This document shows positions 13,846 through 24,912 of a stretch of DNA of 64,000 nt, in pieces (position 1 is the first letter of the stretch; the number at the start of each line of letters is the position of its first letter). The DNA lies in the NCBI RefSeq assembly GCF_036321535.1, contig NC_087447.1, positions 35,156,001 to 35,220,000 of the forward strand, in the 5' to 3' direction. The notes below the pieces were generated by a model, which did not search any database, was not told the DNA's origin, and saw only the letters and a list, made by a program, of their open reading frames with translations. The translations under genes and the position numbers were made by a program. The DNA comes from Camelus dromedarius (taxonomy: Eukaryota).

Positions 13846-13962
13846 CTTTGCTAGAAAAAATATTTGGGATTTTCATGAAAGGACTGCCATGTTGCAGACC
13901 CACTGTCTCACCCATCATTTGCCTTCATCAGCATCCACAAAGACAAGTTCATCACTCAAGCA
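13846..13962 (-). pseudogene. LDHAL6A: LDHAL6A pseudo-exon 2
   Basis: CLSDELVFVDADEGK/MGETVGLQHGSPFMKIPNIFSSK; 117 versus 118 nt, the -1 deletion giving an immediate TGA; donor reads ATtaat instead of GTtaat. Confidence 0.92.
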
Positions 13963-15109
13963 CTAAAAAGACATTAGGCAAGCAGGGGTGGGGGTGAGTG
14001 GTCTGGATTAACTGGTGAATGAAAGAAAATTCTTATACTGCCAAACTATGTCTACCTTATGAATTATTAGACTCAGATAAGACATAAAAAAAAATCAATT
14101 CAACATTTCATCATGATATAAAAGCCCAAACTAGAAGAGATACAAGCTACAAAGAAGGATGCCTCAGCTCATAATTAAGAAAACAAAAACAGAAACTGTT
14201 CAATAAATAGAACAGCCTCTGAAGGTAGCGAGCACGTCTTCAGTTTAAGCTGAGGCCGCCCAATGATAAAGAAGGGATTCATGAAAGAAATTTTTCACCA
14301 GACTATGAGTTCCTTGAGAACAGATTCTCCCATAATGTTTCCTGTTCAAATCTTTCCCCAGATTACCTTGTCACTATCATTTCACTCATCTGGTGCTTAG
14401 CATTTACCTGGCACATGGAAGCTCAATAAAAGTTTTTTTAATAAATAAATTTAAGGCCCTTTCCAACTCTAAAATTTTATAGTTCTATAATCAGGCAATG
14501 TTACCTACAAAGAGGAACAGTACTATCTATTTCTAGCATGTTACTTTATATGCAATACAGAGGGAAAATAATATATTTGTATTTGTAAAAGAAACACTAA
14601 AGGATACACAAGAAACTGACTTAAAATGGTTTCCTATAGCAGAGTCTGGGGGAAAGGTTGGATGGAAACAGGGTGAAAGTGTGACTTCTCCATGTATATC
14701 TTTTTATATTGCCTTTATTTTTTTAACCTTGTGAATGTATTACCTTTTGAAAAATAATGTTTTAAATAACTACATATTATCTTTATTACATATCATTAAA
14801 ATTTTCACTGAAAAAAATCCAGCAACTTTGAACTAGTACTTAGAAATAAATGATCAAGTATCCGTAATTTAAGTACATCCAGCTTACATTGTTGGATCTT
14901 TTTACTTTATTCTAATTAATGGAAATTCAAAGTCAAGCACTTTAGATTATAACTGATTAGCGTAGAAGTCTAAACTATATCACAAAGAAAAGACTGTTGC
15001 TTAATGAGATGCCAATGCTTTCTGGGTACGCTGAATTATTCACAGAGATTGTAGTAGTATGGAGCAGAATTATACAATATTAACAAAATTATCTTCGAAA
15101 GACAGTTTT

Positions 15110-16200
15110 TAAAATGTTCTGTGTAGAAATGAGCACACCTAGCACTCAGATCTTGGGTTATAATACCATTCTCCAATATAAGGAAACAGGGCTCCTTGGA
15201 AAAAAAGGGTGATTTAGGATTGGAGCAGAAAATACATGAGACAAAAAAGTTTAAACTTCTTACAAGCCTGAAAGTAAGGAAGTGCTCAAAACAAAACAAC
15301 CCTGTGTTGATAGGGGTATATCAAAGGGACACAGTAGTCAACTGAATGAGCTCCCAAAGGCCAAAGCTGGAACAATTTGAGAAACAAAATAAAGATTTAT
15401 TGAATTATAACCCAAAATATAAAATAAAATTCATGAGTCCACACTGATATTTGTAAATGATTGAATTAATTAATCGTAAGGGAGAAAGGACAAATCTCCC
15501 ATGCAGAAGAATCCCAAATAATTTATGAAAATACTCCACCCTCAAGGAGAAGGAACACCACTCCCTACTCCTTAAGTGTGAGCTGCACACAGGGATTTCC
15601 TTCCAAAGAGCACAGCATGGAAAGAGGGTGAAAAGAGTAACTTAATACTAGAGAAAGCTAACACTACCTTAGCCAAGCAACTGAGGTCAACATCAACTGC
15701 AATAAATCATGTTGATAGTATGTACTCTAGAAGTGATATGATGAAAATAGTACCTGGCTTCCATGTCTTCCTCGTCCAAATCCGTAACTTCAAGTCTCAC
15801 CATGAGAATAACACCAAATTCCACTAGAGGGGCATTCTACAAGGTATCTGACCAGTACTCCTCAAAACTGCCGAAGTCATCAAAAGTAAGGAAAGCCTAA
15901 GACAGAAACTCACAGTATAGAGGGGTCTAAGGAGGCATGAATGCCTGATGCAATGTGGTATCCTATATGGGATCCTAGAACAGAAAAAGGACATTAGATA
16001 AAAACCAAGGAAATCTGAGTAACGTATGGACTTCAGTTAATGACAATATATCAATATTGGTTCATTAATTGTGACAAGTGTACCATATGAAGGTATAATG
16101 TTAATAACTGGATATGAGGTAAAGAGAACTCTCTATACTACCTTTTCAATATTTCTGTAAATCTGAAACTATTCTTTAAAAAATAAAATCTATAAAAAAC
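15110..16200 (+). mobile_element. Old L1 3' end (L1MC-like)
   Basis: Motifs typical of L1M 3' UTRs (gggatcctagaacagaaaaaggacattag; gaactctctatactacc...tttctgtaaatctgaaactatt) and an A-rich tail. Confidence 0.7.
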
Positions 16201-18507
16201 ATATTCTAATTCAATCTCTCTGGACCCTCTTTCCTTATTTATAAAAATGAAGATGGGCAGAATATCTACTCTCTGTATGTGCTATCGAGTGCTCTTTCCC
16301 TTTTAACACGCATTTGGCTTTTAGCAAATCTTTCATTTAATTGCTAAGTGTCATTACACTAGGCACTCTTTTAGACTCAGGAAACAACACTAAATGATAA
16401 GATTCCTGCCCTCACGGATATCACTTTATGGGAATTAAAGTTTCTGTATTATGGTATAATTCAGTAATTTTCAAAGACATTGCTGTTTCTCTACTAGATT
16501 TGTACAATTCTTACTGAGAATTCCTTCTTTATCAGCAAAGAAGTTTTAAGATATCACCATCTTTTTTTTTGAGGTTAACTTTTGCTTTTATTTGCCAGTG
16601 TAACTTAACTACAGTGGCTTGCAAACTTTTTTGACCTAAAAAATACATTTTACATCACAATCCAACAAACACACACATATATATGTATATAACTGAGACC
16701 AAAGTTTTGCCGAAAATGTCTACCCTGAGTTTTCTTGTTTTTAAGATTTTTTTTTTGAGTAGTTTTAGTTTTACAACAAAATTGACAGGAAGGCACAGAA
16801 ACTTCCCATATACCCCCTCTCCACACACTTGCATAGTCGTTATTTTTATTTACTAGAATCGTACTTTTTTTTTTTTAAACTAAGGATGAACATACTTCAA
16901 CACATCATAATCACCAAAGTCCACAATTCACCTTAGGCTGGACAAAAGTATAATGACATAGATATCCATCATTATGATGTCATACAAAGTATTTTCACTG
17001 CTCTAAAAAACTTCTCTACTCCAGAATGGCATATGGAATCTCTTTTTTCCCTTGAAAAGAGGTTCAAAGCCTTCATGTCTACAAGACCACTCATGGCCTA
17101 ACCATGCATGGGCCAGACAGGCTCTAGGTGGCAAATTCCCCCCCTAAATACTGCAGCTTTTCTTCCAATATTGAGCCCTGTCCCGTTGGTCCTGCCTAGC
17201 AGCCATTTGGAGGTGCAGGGGGACACGTGTAGGCTATTTGTTCACAGGAGGGCCCCAAGTTTTGCGCCTCTTGTCATAATGAACCCAGGTTCCTGTTGGG
17301 TGTGTTATAAACAGAGGAACCACTTCTTCAGGCCCCCTGCTCTGAGAACACCCCAATATCACCATTTCTTGAATGAAAAAAGTTGTAGACTCTAGAGCCA
17401 GAAGAGGGAGAGATTAAAGTGAGACTTGACCTAGGGCTTTGTAAAAGGATTGCACACCACATTTTCTAAGCTATACAAATGCTATATAGTCTGCAACATC
17501 ACAGAATGCAAGCTCTCGGGGCTCTGGCTATTATCTTTTTATAGGGATGGAGCTCAATCCCTCCCAGAAAGACACTTCAAAGCAGAGATAGCAAATAAAC
17601 CTTTCACTCCAAGGTTTTCTGTATATATTATCTATATATACTTACCTATGCATGCAACTTGAGATAGTCTTGCTGTTTTTCTCCTCTATAAAATAGGTCT
17701 AATAATTACTTTTCAGGGTTGTATTAGATTATGTATGCAAAGAAAATTGTTAATATCATTATAATCAATGTTGGTGTTGGTTTTCAGATATGGGTGTCCT
17801 TCTTAGCAATGAGGACACTGCTGATGAAAGCATTACAGCTGGTAGGACAAAATGTGTCATGAGGAATTCATATGATTGCCAGAAGCAGCAGTTGACAGCA
17901 GCTGATGCTCTATGTGCCTTAAGGATACTTATATCATCTAGACATGAAATCCAGAGCCAATCCTTTAAATCTAATACCATGCCAGGATTAACGGCAATAG
18001 AAAGGTAGCTTAAAGACATCTTACAGATACTCCATTAATAAAAGCAAATCATAGTTCAAAGAATGTATTATGATTTACTAAAATATTATGGGTTCAGATC
18101 AGGGTAACATTCTTAGAAAGGGGTTAGATCTTTTAAATCCTGTGCTTATCCATTAAAAGTGGAACCCAACTTTATTAGCTATATCAATACTAAAAAGAAC
18201 TAAACACTAAAATTAATCTAACATGAACAAAGAAGGTAGGGAAATAAAGATGGAGCCTAGGAAATGGGAGAGAGATTTTAAAGGAAAAGGACTATTGTAT
18301 TTGGTACTAGCAGGACACCTACCAAAACTGATAGGCTGCACACTCTTTTTTTTTCTCCCCCCAGTTTTTTTAACTTGTGAGCTGAGTTTCCTAGTCAAGC
18401 AAAGGGGCATCTCATACTATCAATACATGAGTGAAAGTGAAGTGTCAACATGCTTTCACACAGTGACACTTCTAACACGTAGGATACTATCTTAAGAACT
18501 AGAAAAA

Positions 18508-18698
18508 AAATTGTAGAATAGATAAACCAGATTATGCTGTACAGCATGGGGAATATACACAAGAGCTCACAGAAAAAAATGTGACAATGAATATATATAT
18601 GTTCATGTATAACTGAAAGATTGTGCTCTACACTGGAATTTGATACATTTTTAAATGATTATAAATCAATAAAAAATGTTTAAAAAAAACATAAAAAA
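18508..18698 (+). mobile_element. Short 5'-truncated L1 3' end with target-site duplication
   Basis: L1-like 3' end (tgtacagcatggggaatata...tgtataactgaa), AATAAA and A tail; TSD AAGAACTAGAAAAA at 18494-18507 and 18699-18712. Confidence 0.7.
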
Positions 18699-18891
18699 AA
18701 GAACTAGAAAAAGACCCCCCTCTGGGTAGAACAATTAAGAGGAGTACCTGTTCTTCTGGGATAAGCCAGCAGGGGCTGGATAGGACCCCCCCACCCCCGA
18801 ACTAGACACAACCTGCACAACCACATGCAGTGGCCTTGCCTCCAACTGAGGAAAACTTGGTTAACTCAATAGCACAGAATACATAACTTAC

Positions 18892-19016
18892 TTTTAATAA
18901 GATGCTGACTGCACAGGCCATAGCAACCGATCCAGTTCCTATAATGAAGATCTTACTGTGTGTGATGAATGGCCTCTTCTGAAGTGAATTTTAAGTTCAT
19001 GCTTGATGGCTGCCAT
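18892..19016 (-). pseudogene. LDHAL6A: LDHAL6A pseudo-exon 1 (LDH ATG exon)
   Basis: ATG at 19014-19016; MAAIKHEL/FTSEEAIHH/SKIFIIGTGSVAMACAVSILLK then GTaagt; two frameshifts; Rossmann GxGxxG changed to GxGxxA; reading from the ATG stops at 18939-18941. Confidence 0.92.
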
Positions 19017-19289
19017 CTTGAGGGAAAACTGTGAAGCCACTTCCAGATTTGGAATTGGCCTTAAGTGAGAGGAGACATATAATAGAGAACTCCTGGGCCC
19101 CAGTGGGGAAGAAGGTGCTGCAGACACAACGGGGAGTGACAAACAGGACCAGCAAAGAAGCTGGGTAGTTTCTGGCCAGCAGCCCAGCATCCAAGACGCA
19201 CACCAAAGGGAGGAGGAGAAAGGTGGGTACAGTAAAGAGGAGTTAAGAGTGAAGGAAGGAAAAAGGGCTGCTCTACCAAAAATGAGACC

Positions 19290-19900
19290 TACCACCGGGA
19301 AGGCTCTTCGGTCCCTCCTCCTTTTTCTCCTCCTCCCCCAGCTCTCAGCTCCAGGACCGAGGCCAGGGTGCGCAAGCCCAGAGTCCACAGGCCCCGGACG
19401 CCAGGCGCGCGGGAACTTCCAACCACACTCACACGGATGAAGGGCCAGCCGCCCCTGAGCGAGAAGCATGCCTCCTGGAGGGGACACTGAGCCACCCCTG
19501 AGCAAAAGAAATAAACTCCTGCGGCGTGCCCTCGCCTGCTGGTCATCAGCGCTCCTGCAGCCCAGCTCATGGCCGCCCATTCAACAGGAAGATAATGGAG
19601 GAAAGCGGCGGGAAAGCTGGTTGAAGTTCAAAGAAGGAAAACCGCTGACTACCGAGGCAGCGTGTAAGGCAGTGTTCCGCTCGTGCAGGCCTTGCAAGGG
19701 CCAAGCACCCCTGGCGCAGGCGCGAGGCCAGGGAGTGGACTCTGAGGCACTGCGCTTGCGCCCAGTCTCCTGCGCGCCTGCGCCTGCGCCCAGTCTCCTG
19801 CGTGCCCACTGCAGGGTGAGGTTTTTGTGGTTGGCCGACTTCAGAGAGGCTTCTTGGGCTCCAAGTGCCCCAAGTGCAGCAGGCACTGTGAACTAGTGGG
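19290..19900 (-). promoter_or_regulatory. CpG-rich promoter of LDHAL6A with NRF1-like motifs
   Basis: GC- and CpG-rich block in AT-rich flanks; TGCGCTTGCGC (19751-19761) and TGCGCCTGCGC (19779-19789). Confidence 0.7.
19433..19570 (-). CDS. Putative upstream exon encoding an LDHAL6B-like N-terminal extension (46 aa)
   Basis: GCGGCC-ATG Kozak context; MSWAAGALMTSRRGHAAGVYFFCSGVAQCPLQEACFSLRGGWPFIR then a phase-0 GTGAGT donor; ungapped resemblance to the recalled LDHAL6B N-terminus. Confidence 0.55.
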
Positions 19901-21824
19901 CCTTGGCTATCAAACGGAGTACTTGCCCAGAATCCATCCACCAGAGAACACAAGTAAATTTATTTCTAACCATTGTCTAGATGTATCCAAGAAGGGCTTT
20001 TTGACTTTTGGTTGGGAATTTTTCACCAGGGCTGTAGGAGAAAGGGATATCAGGGCTTTTTACCACCCACAAATATGAGCTGAAGTAGGAAAAAAAAAAA
20101 AAAAAAAAAACCCTCGATGCAAAGGGGACTTTTAAGTAATACACAAAAAACCCTAAGAGTTTGATCAGGGCAGTGCTAGTTGATAACCATATATACGATT
20201 GGTAACTACGTCTACAGCTCGTTATTTATGAAGTCGTCAAATATAGAATCTAAAATCTCCCTCTCATCCCTTAGTTTGGGATAACCAAGGTTTCTACTTC
20301 TCCCACCACATTCTACCTAATTAACTGTTTTCTAACTCATTTGTGAGTCGTAAAACGTAATACACATCTGGCAAATTCCTTTACAAAATGTAGAGCAGTA
20401 TTTCTCATCCTTTTTTTCATTATCTTTCCCTCAAGGGCCTTTTCAGACAGACATTATCCTAATGGTCCAGCTCCCCCACCCACCCCCACGTCATGGAATT
20501 AAATATTATGGAATGAGAATTTTGTCTGGTAGGGTTGAGCTTTGGAGAGCCAAACCTTTGAAATATCAAAGATTCTTTTTTACCAACCTCCTACCCAAGA
20601 ACCAATTTTCACCTCCTTGGGGCAATATTTCCCCTGTTGAGAATACATGATGTAGAGCAGTTTTACTTTCTAGAAATTACATCTTGCAGCCTTCCGATCT
20701 CTGCAAGGATTTCCTAAAATGAAGTTTTAATTTTAGGAAAAGAGTTGCTTAAAAAAGGCAAAATCCATATAAGTCTCCCCTTTCCCCCCATCCTAATTAA
20801 ACTCTCTCTCATGACCATATTTTGTACATTCAAGGGAAGAGTTAAAAAGAAAGGAAAGAAAACAAAATAATGGGAAACTAATCATGTTCAGTAGTAGATG
20901 ACTAAAATGAAAGCTATCAAATAGCAAGAATAACAGATGGTGAACCTTAACTCTCTGGCCAAATGGGTTTGCATCCATGAGAGCCATATTAAGTCTTCAG
21001 GGCCTGCATATATGCCTTCTAAGTTTTCGCATTGGTCCTGTCCTAGTCTAATTTGCAAATGGCCTTATTCTTGATTTTTTAGTTTTTGTTTCATTGTATA
21101 TTTCCTATAGTGGCCTTAAATTCTTTGCGGAATCAAGGAAATAATATATTTTTATATGAAGCACATACACTCCCACCTTGGACACCAAGAGGGAGCTACC
21201 AATCGACTGTTATCAAGCATTCATCAATAATCAGTTAGATGAGGTACTCTACTGTGAGATACCTGAGGGAATAAATCATGTCATACTGACCTCATTACCA
21301 TAACACAGCAAGCATGGTGGCAGTTTGCTGAACAAATAACCTAGAGGATGATCTAAACTCTGTGTGGTATTTCAACAGAGGGACTAAATTAACTATTTGA
21401 GTTTACATTAATAGGAATAATACTTGCAGGGTTGAAGACATTTAATTTTTTACACCATAAAATTATATTTCTATTTTCCTTCTGATATACAATCTTAAAA
21501 GATAAGTACTTAGTAAAGCTTACATACGGACACAGGGAGTTAATGAAGCAATATAAAGTGAATATGCTGATGCCCTAATGAAAAATGAAGTTTCAATACT
21601 AGAAAAAGTGATGTTTTGTGAGAAGAATCATAAGTTCTATATTATAATGGATTATTATACATATTCTACTAAACCTGAAAGCAATGCTTACATATAACTC
21701 ACATCTGTACAGGTTGGATATCATTAGAATAGAGACATGAGAGATTCATAAAGAGGAGGAATCTCTTTACTATTTCCTTTTTCTAGCCTTGAGAGATTGT
21801 AGTTATGTCATAGGTCCAATGTTT

Positions 21825-21830
21825 TTTATT
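21825..21830 (-). terminator. LDHC: LDHC polyadenylation signal
   Basis: AATAAA on the minus strand about 90 nt after the LDHC stop. Confidence 0.7.
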
Positions 21831-21916
21831 TTTTACAGATCAGGTGAAAATACTTTCAAAATGTAAAATATACAATCTACTATCTTCTGTTCTATAAAAC
21901 AGTAGATTAAAAGGTT

Positions 21917-22081
21917 TTAAAATGTCAGGTCTTTTTGGACATTCCAAAGTGTGCTTGCGCTCTTCTTTAAAAGGGCCTCCTCCTCAGAATTCAAGTTAAC
22001 TTTCACAACATCTGAGACACCATTTTGCCCCAAGACACAAGGGATACTGAGAAAGATTTCTTCTTTTATTCCATATAAACC
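21917..22081 (-). CDS. LDHC: LDHC (testis lactate dehydrogenase C) last coding exon
   Basis: AG 22082-22083; [57 protein letters not shown]; 165 nt. Confidence 0.96.
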   Translation of the reverse strand, partial: GLYGIKEEIFLSIPCVLGQNGVSDVVKVNLNSEEEALLKKSASTLWNVQKDLTF

Positions 22082-22163
22082 CTAAAAGGCAAAATCAGGT
22101 TATTATTCAGTAATCTGATATGGAAAAGCAGCTATGCAAGAGAGCTTCCGAATAAGAATATAC

Positions 22164-24008
22164 CAGAGAGACTACGGAGCTCAACAAGAATCACTCAGAG
22201 GGCAGCGGTGTGATTCTCAACAATACCAAGAGTATCCTAATGTCCTATGACCACCTAAGAACTTGTGTTTAATGACATGAAGAACATGCCAAAGGCTTCA
22301 AAGGGACCAAGAAAGGCACTATCTACTTTACCCCTTACTGGGTCATCTTTCTAAGGAGAAGGATGCCATACAGTCTTACAAAGGACTGCGAGATCAGGCA
22401 GCCTATGCTTGGTCAAGAAAACAGTGAAGGCTGAAGCAGGAAGTGACTGGGAAGGCTCTGATTTGTATAAGTTGACCTTTACACTGGGGGATGCCATTGA
22501 GTTTGGACAACAGATGCTAACAAGTGGCTTCTCAAGCTTCCAGAGGTGAAGCCTCCAATGGAGCCTAACATTTACAGGTACTCTCACACGCCCAGCAGGG
22601 CTTATGTAATTCCTCTGCCAGTCAACAATGGAATGTACCTCTGCCCTCCTGGCTATCACCAGAGATAGAAGACCTCCCGTGTTGGACAGGGCCATGGAAT
22701 AGGTGAAGTGATGGCCACTGCCCTATCCTGGGGCCATGGATCCTCTAGTCAGAAGCACTGATGTTCCCTCCACTCCTGCAGCTGAAGCCAAGGCTGGAGG
22801 CAGCTGCCAGAGTCTATTATAACCTGGGTAACCCCACAGTGGCTACATATCCACAAACCAGCTTCCCCTCCTCCCTAGAAGAGAACACCCAGTAGCTCTC
22901 TTACACCCCTCTCTTCCCACCACCCACGGCTTTTTCCTACCCCACCCCTTGGGGTTGAATTAGGGTTGGAGGAGGCAATGGGAAGGTCTTGTTCTTCCTC
23001 CAGGTCTGAATGTAAACAGTTACCAGGAACAAGTATTGAGAAAGGGCGAGGCTCCTTAATGCTGGAGTGGTGCCTCCCAGATTCCCACAATAGTTGAGAG
23101 AAACCCACAGGCACTACTCAGCCAAGTTTCCCTCTCACCATCTCTGGGGCTCTTCTCAGGAGCTCAGTATCCCTGTTTCACTTTAGTGGCCCACAGAGGA
23201 CTCCCTAGCCACCTCCTCTATGGCAGTCCAACTCCCTCATTTTGGTAGCCACTTTATACTCAACCTCAGGAACTCCATCAGACTAACCACAGGTCTTCCT
23301 TCTGAGGGCCCCCTGCCAAGCTATACTCACATTTACTCCACTCTGGTCTGTGCCGAGCCATGGAAGGCCACTGTCCCACCAGACTGTCAAACCAAATTCC
23401 CTTTCCAGCCACATTCCAGCCCCAGTTACACTTGCCTCCCCCTTCCCTTTCCTGTCGTTGGTCATTCTGTTGCTACCTGTGTGTAGCACAATACCTTCTG
23501 GAGCTTTAACATGAACTGCCAGGGTGTGGGTGGCCTAGGAAAGTTGCTGGGAAGAAACCCTTCAGCTTCCCTGCTAGTGTTTCAAGAATTTGTTCCCTCT
23601 GCTTTCGCTGTCTTTCTTCATACTAGAAGGGCATCTCGGACTAGACCTGGAAATGCATGTCCATCCCATTATGCCATTTGGGGACTGCTGGGTAGACTGG
23701 AAACAGGGGTCCTGACCCCCAAGGCCTGGCCTGGCCTCCCCTGTGTGCTGAACATGACCTGCTACCACCCCATCAGCCTACCCTCTTCCCTTTAAGCTCC
23801 ATGCCTGGTTGGCAGTATGACCCCTGGATGTGCTAAAATTTGCTTCCTTTGCTTCCAGACTAGCCATGAAGTGAGGAAATGGTTATTTAAAGAGAATTCC
23901 CTATTTATTTGACAAAAAATCCAGTTAATATTTTAATGCGAAATAAACTGTTGGAAACTTTATTGGCTGAAAATGTGAAGTAATAAAAATGAAGTAACTG
24001 GGAAAAAT
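22164..24008 (+). pseudogene. WBP2: WBP2 processed pseudogene (CDS remnant 22174-22895 plus full 3' UTR)
   Basis: Intronless; ACG in place of ATG then [56 protein letters not shown]...[33 protein letters not shown]...DVPSTPAAEAKA...TQ-TAG; AATAAA 23942-23947; degenerate A tail; TSD AATAAGAATATAC at 22151-22163 and 24009-24021. Confidence 0.93.
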
Positions 24009-24774
24009 AATAAGAATATACAAATGATTCTGCTCTTAATGTCAAATGTTTAAGTATTTCCTATAAAATATAACTTGTCCATTGACTTGTTCAGTAAAGG
24101 CTATGAAATTCCCATATTACTCAATCTCTTTTCGGGAGCATTCATTTGACACCACCCTCACTCTTCTTCAGGAGCCCTCTGCAGGTAACGGCTTTATTCT
24201 CCCACAACATCTGAGGAAGAGCATGTGGTATTCATTGTATACTCTTTATTGTCTCTTTCAAATTATTAATCCCTTGCTCTCTTAAAAACAACCAAAAAAA
24301 TCCCCCACTTTTTTTGGAGACTCATCTTATTCAGCTCCTCTTCCCTCTCCAATGGCCTTCTGTCTTATTCATAAAAATTGACACCTAGCTCACAATCTCC
24401 CCTCTCTATCCCAATTTCTGTCATTATCCTTGGTGTCTTCATTGTCCTTGTGGATAAACCAACCAATTCGTTTTCTTTCCAGTTTCTTAATTTCTTTAGC
24501 TCATAGGACCTTCTCTTCTAACCCCAAGTATCCTACTCTGAACCTTGTTATGAGGTTCCTCCATATCCAACTTAATTCCTTTCTTGGGTTCATTCTGTAA
24601 CCCTTTTGCCACACCCTAAGACCCCTGGCCAATTTTTAGTTTTTATAAATATTTCTTAAATTCTTTATTACTCATTCTCTTTTTGTAATTTATTCATTTG
24701 TATGTAGATAACATTTAAGGGCACAGATCTTGAGTTTGTCTGTGACCCTTTAGCAGAAGGTTAAACCCATTTTT

Positions 24775-24912
24775 TGTGTGTGTGTTTGTTTGTTTGGTAG
24801 GGAGAGAAGGTAACTAGGTTTCTTTATTTCTTAGTGGAGGTACTGGAGGTTGAACACAGGACCTCGTGCATGCGAAGCAGACACTACCACTGAGCTATAC
24901 CCTGCTTCCCTC
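24775..24912 (-). mobile_element. tRNA-Ala-derived SINE (camelid Vic-1-like)
   Basis: Reverse complement reads GGGTATAGCTCAGTGGTAG...GCATGCACGAGGTCCTGTGTTCAA...CCAGTACCTCCAC; TSD AAACCCATTTTT at 24763-24774 and 24913-24924. Confidence 0.85.

Larger units (their letters stand above)
8054..19570 (-). pseudogene. LDHAL6A: LDHAL6A unprocessed pseudogene (7 LDH coding exons plus upstream presequence-like exon)
   Basis: Lies between TSG101 and LDHC. Exons at 18892-19016, 13846-13962, 12877-13046, 10562-10733, 9738-9855, 9099-9216 and 8054-8218 match LDH exon sizes and phases and carry LDHAL6-type residues (LSDELV, HGSPFMK, TDKDPEQ, KELKL). About 10 frameshifting indels, 2 nonsense codons and 2 broken splice sites. 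Confidence 0.92.

Noticed and set aside
15821..15836. CTCF-like CCACTAGAGGGGCA
   Set aside because: Spacing off by one base and it lies inside an L1MC-like relic
17790..18008. 72-aa plus ORF preceded by a ttttcAG acceptor-like site
   Set aside because: No recognisable homology or clear donor; cannot be supported as an exon
19468..19953. Several overlapping 100-140 aa ORFs in the LDHAL6A CpG island
   Set aside because: Stop-codon depletion in GC-rich DNA; low-complexity products
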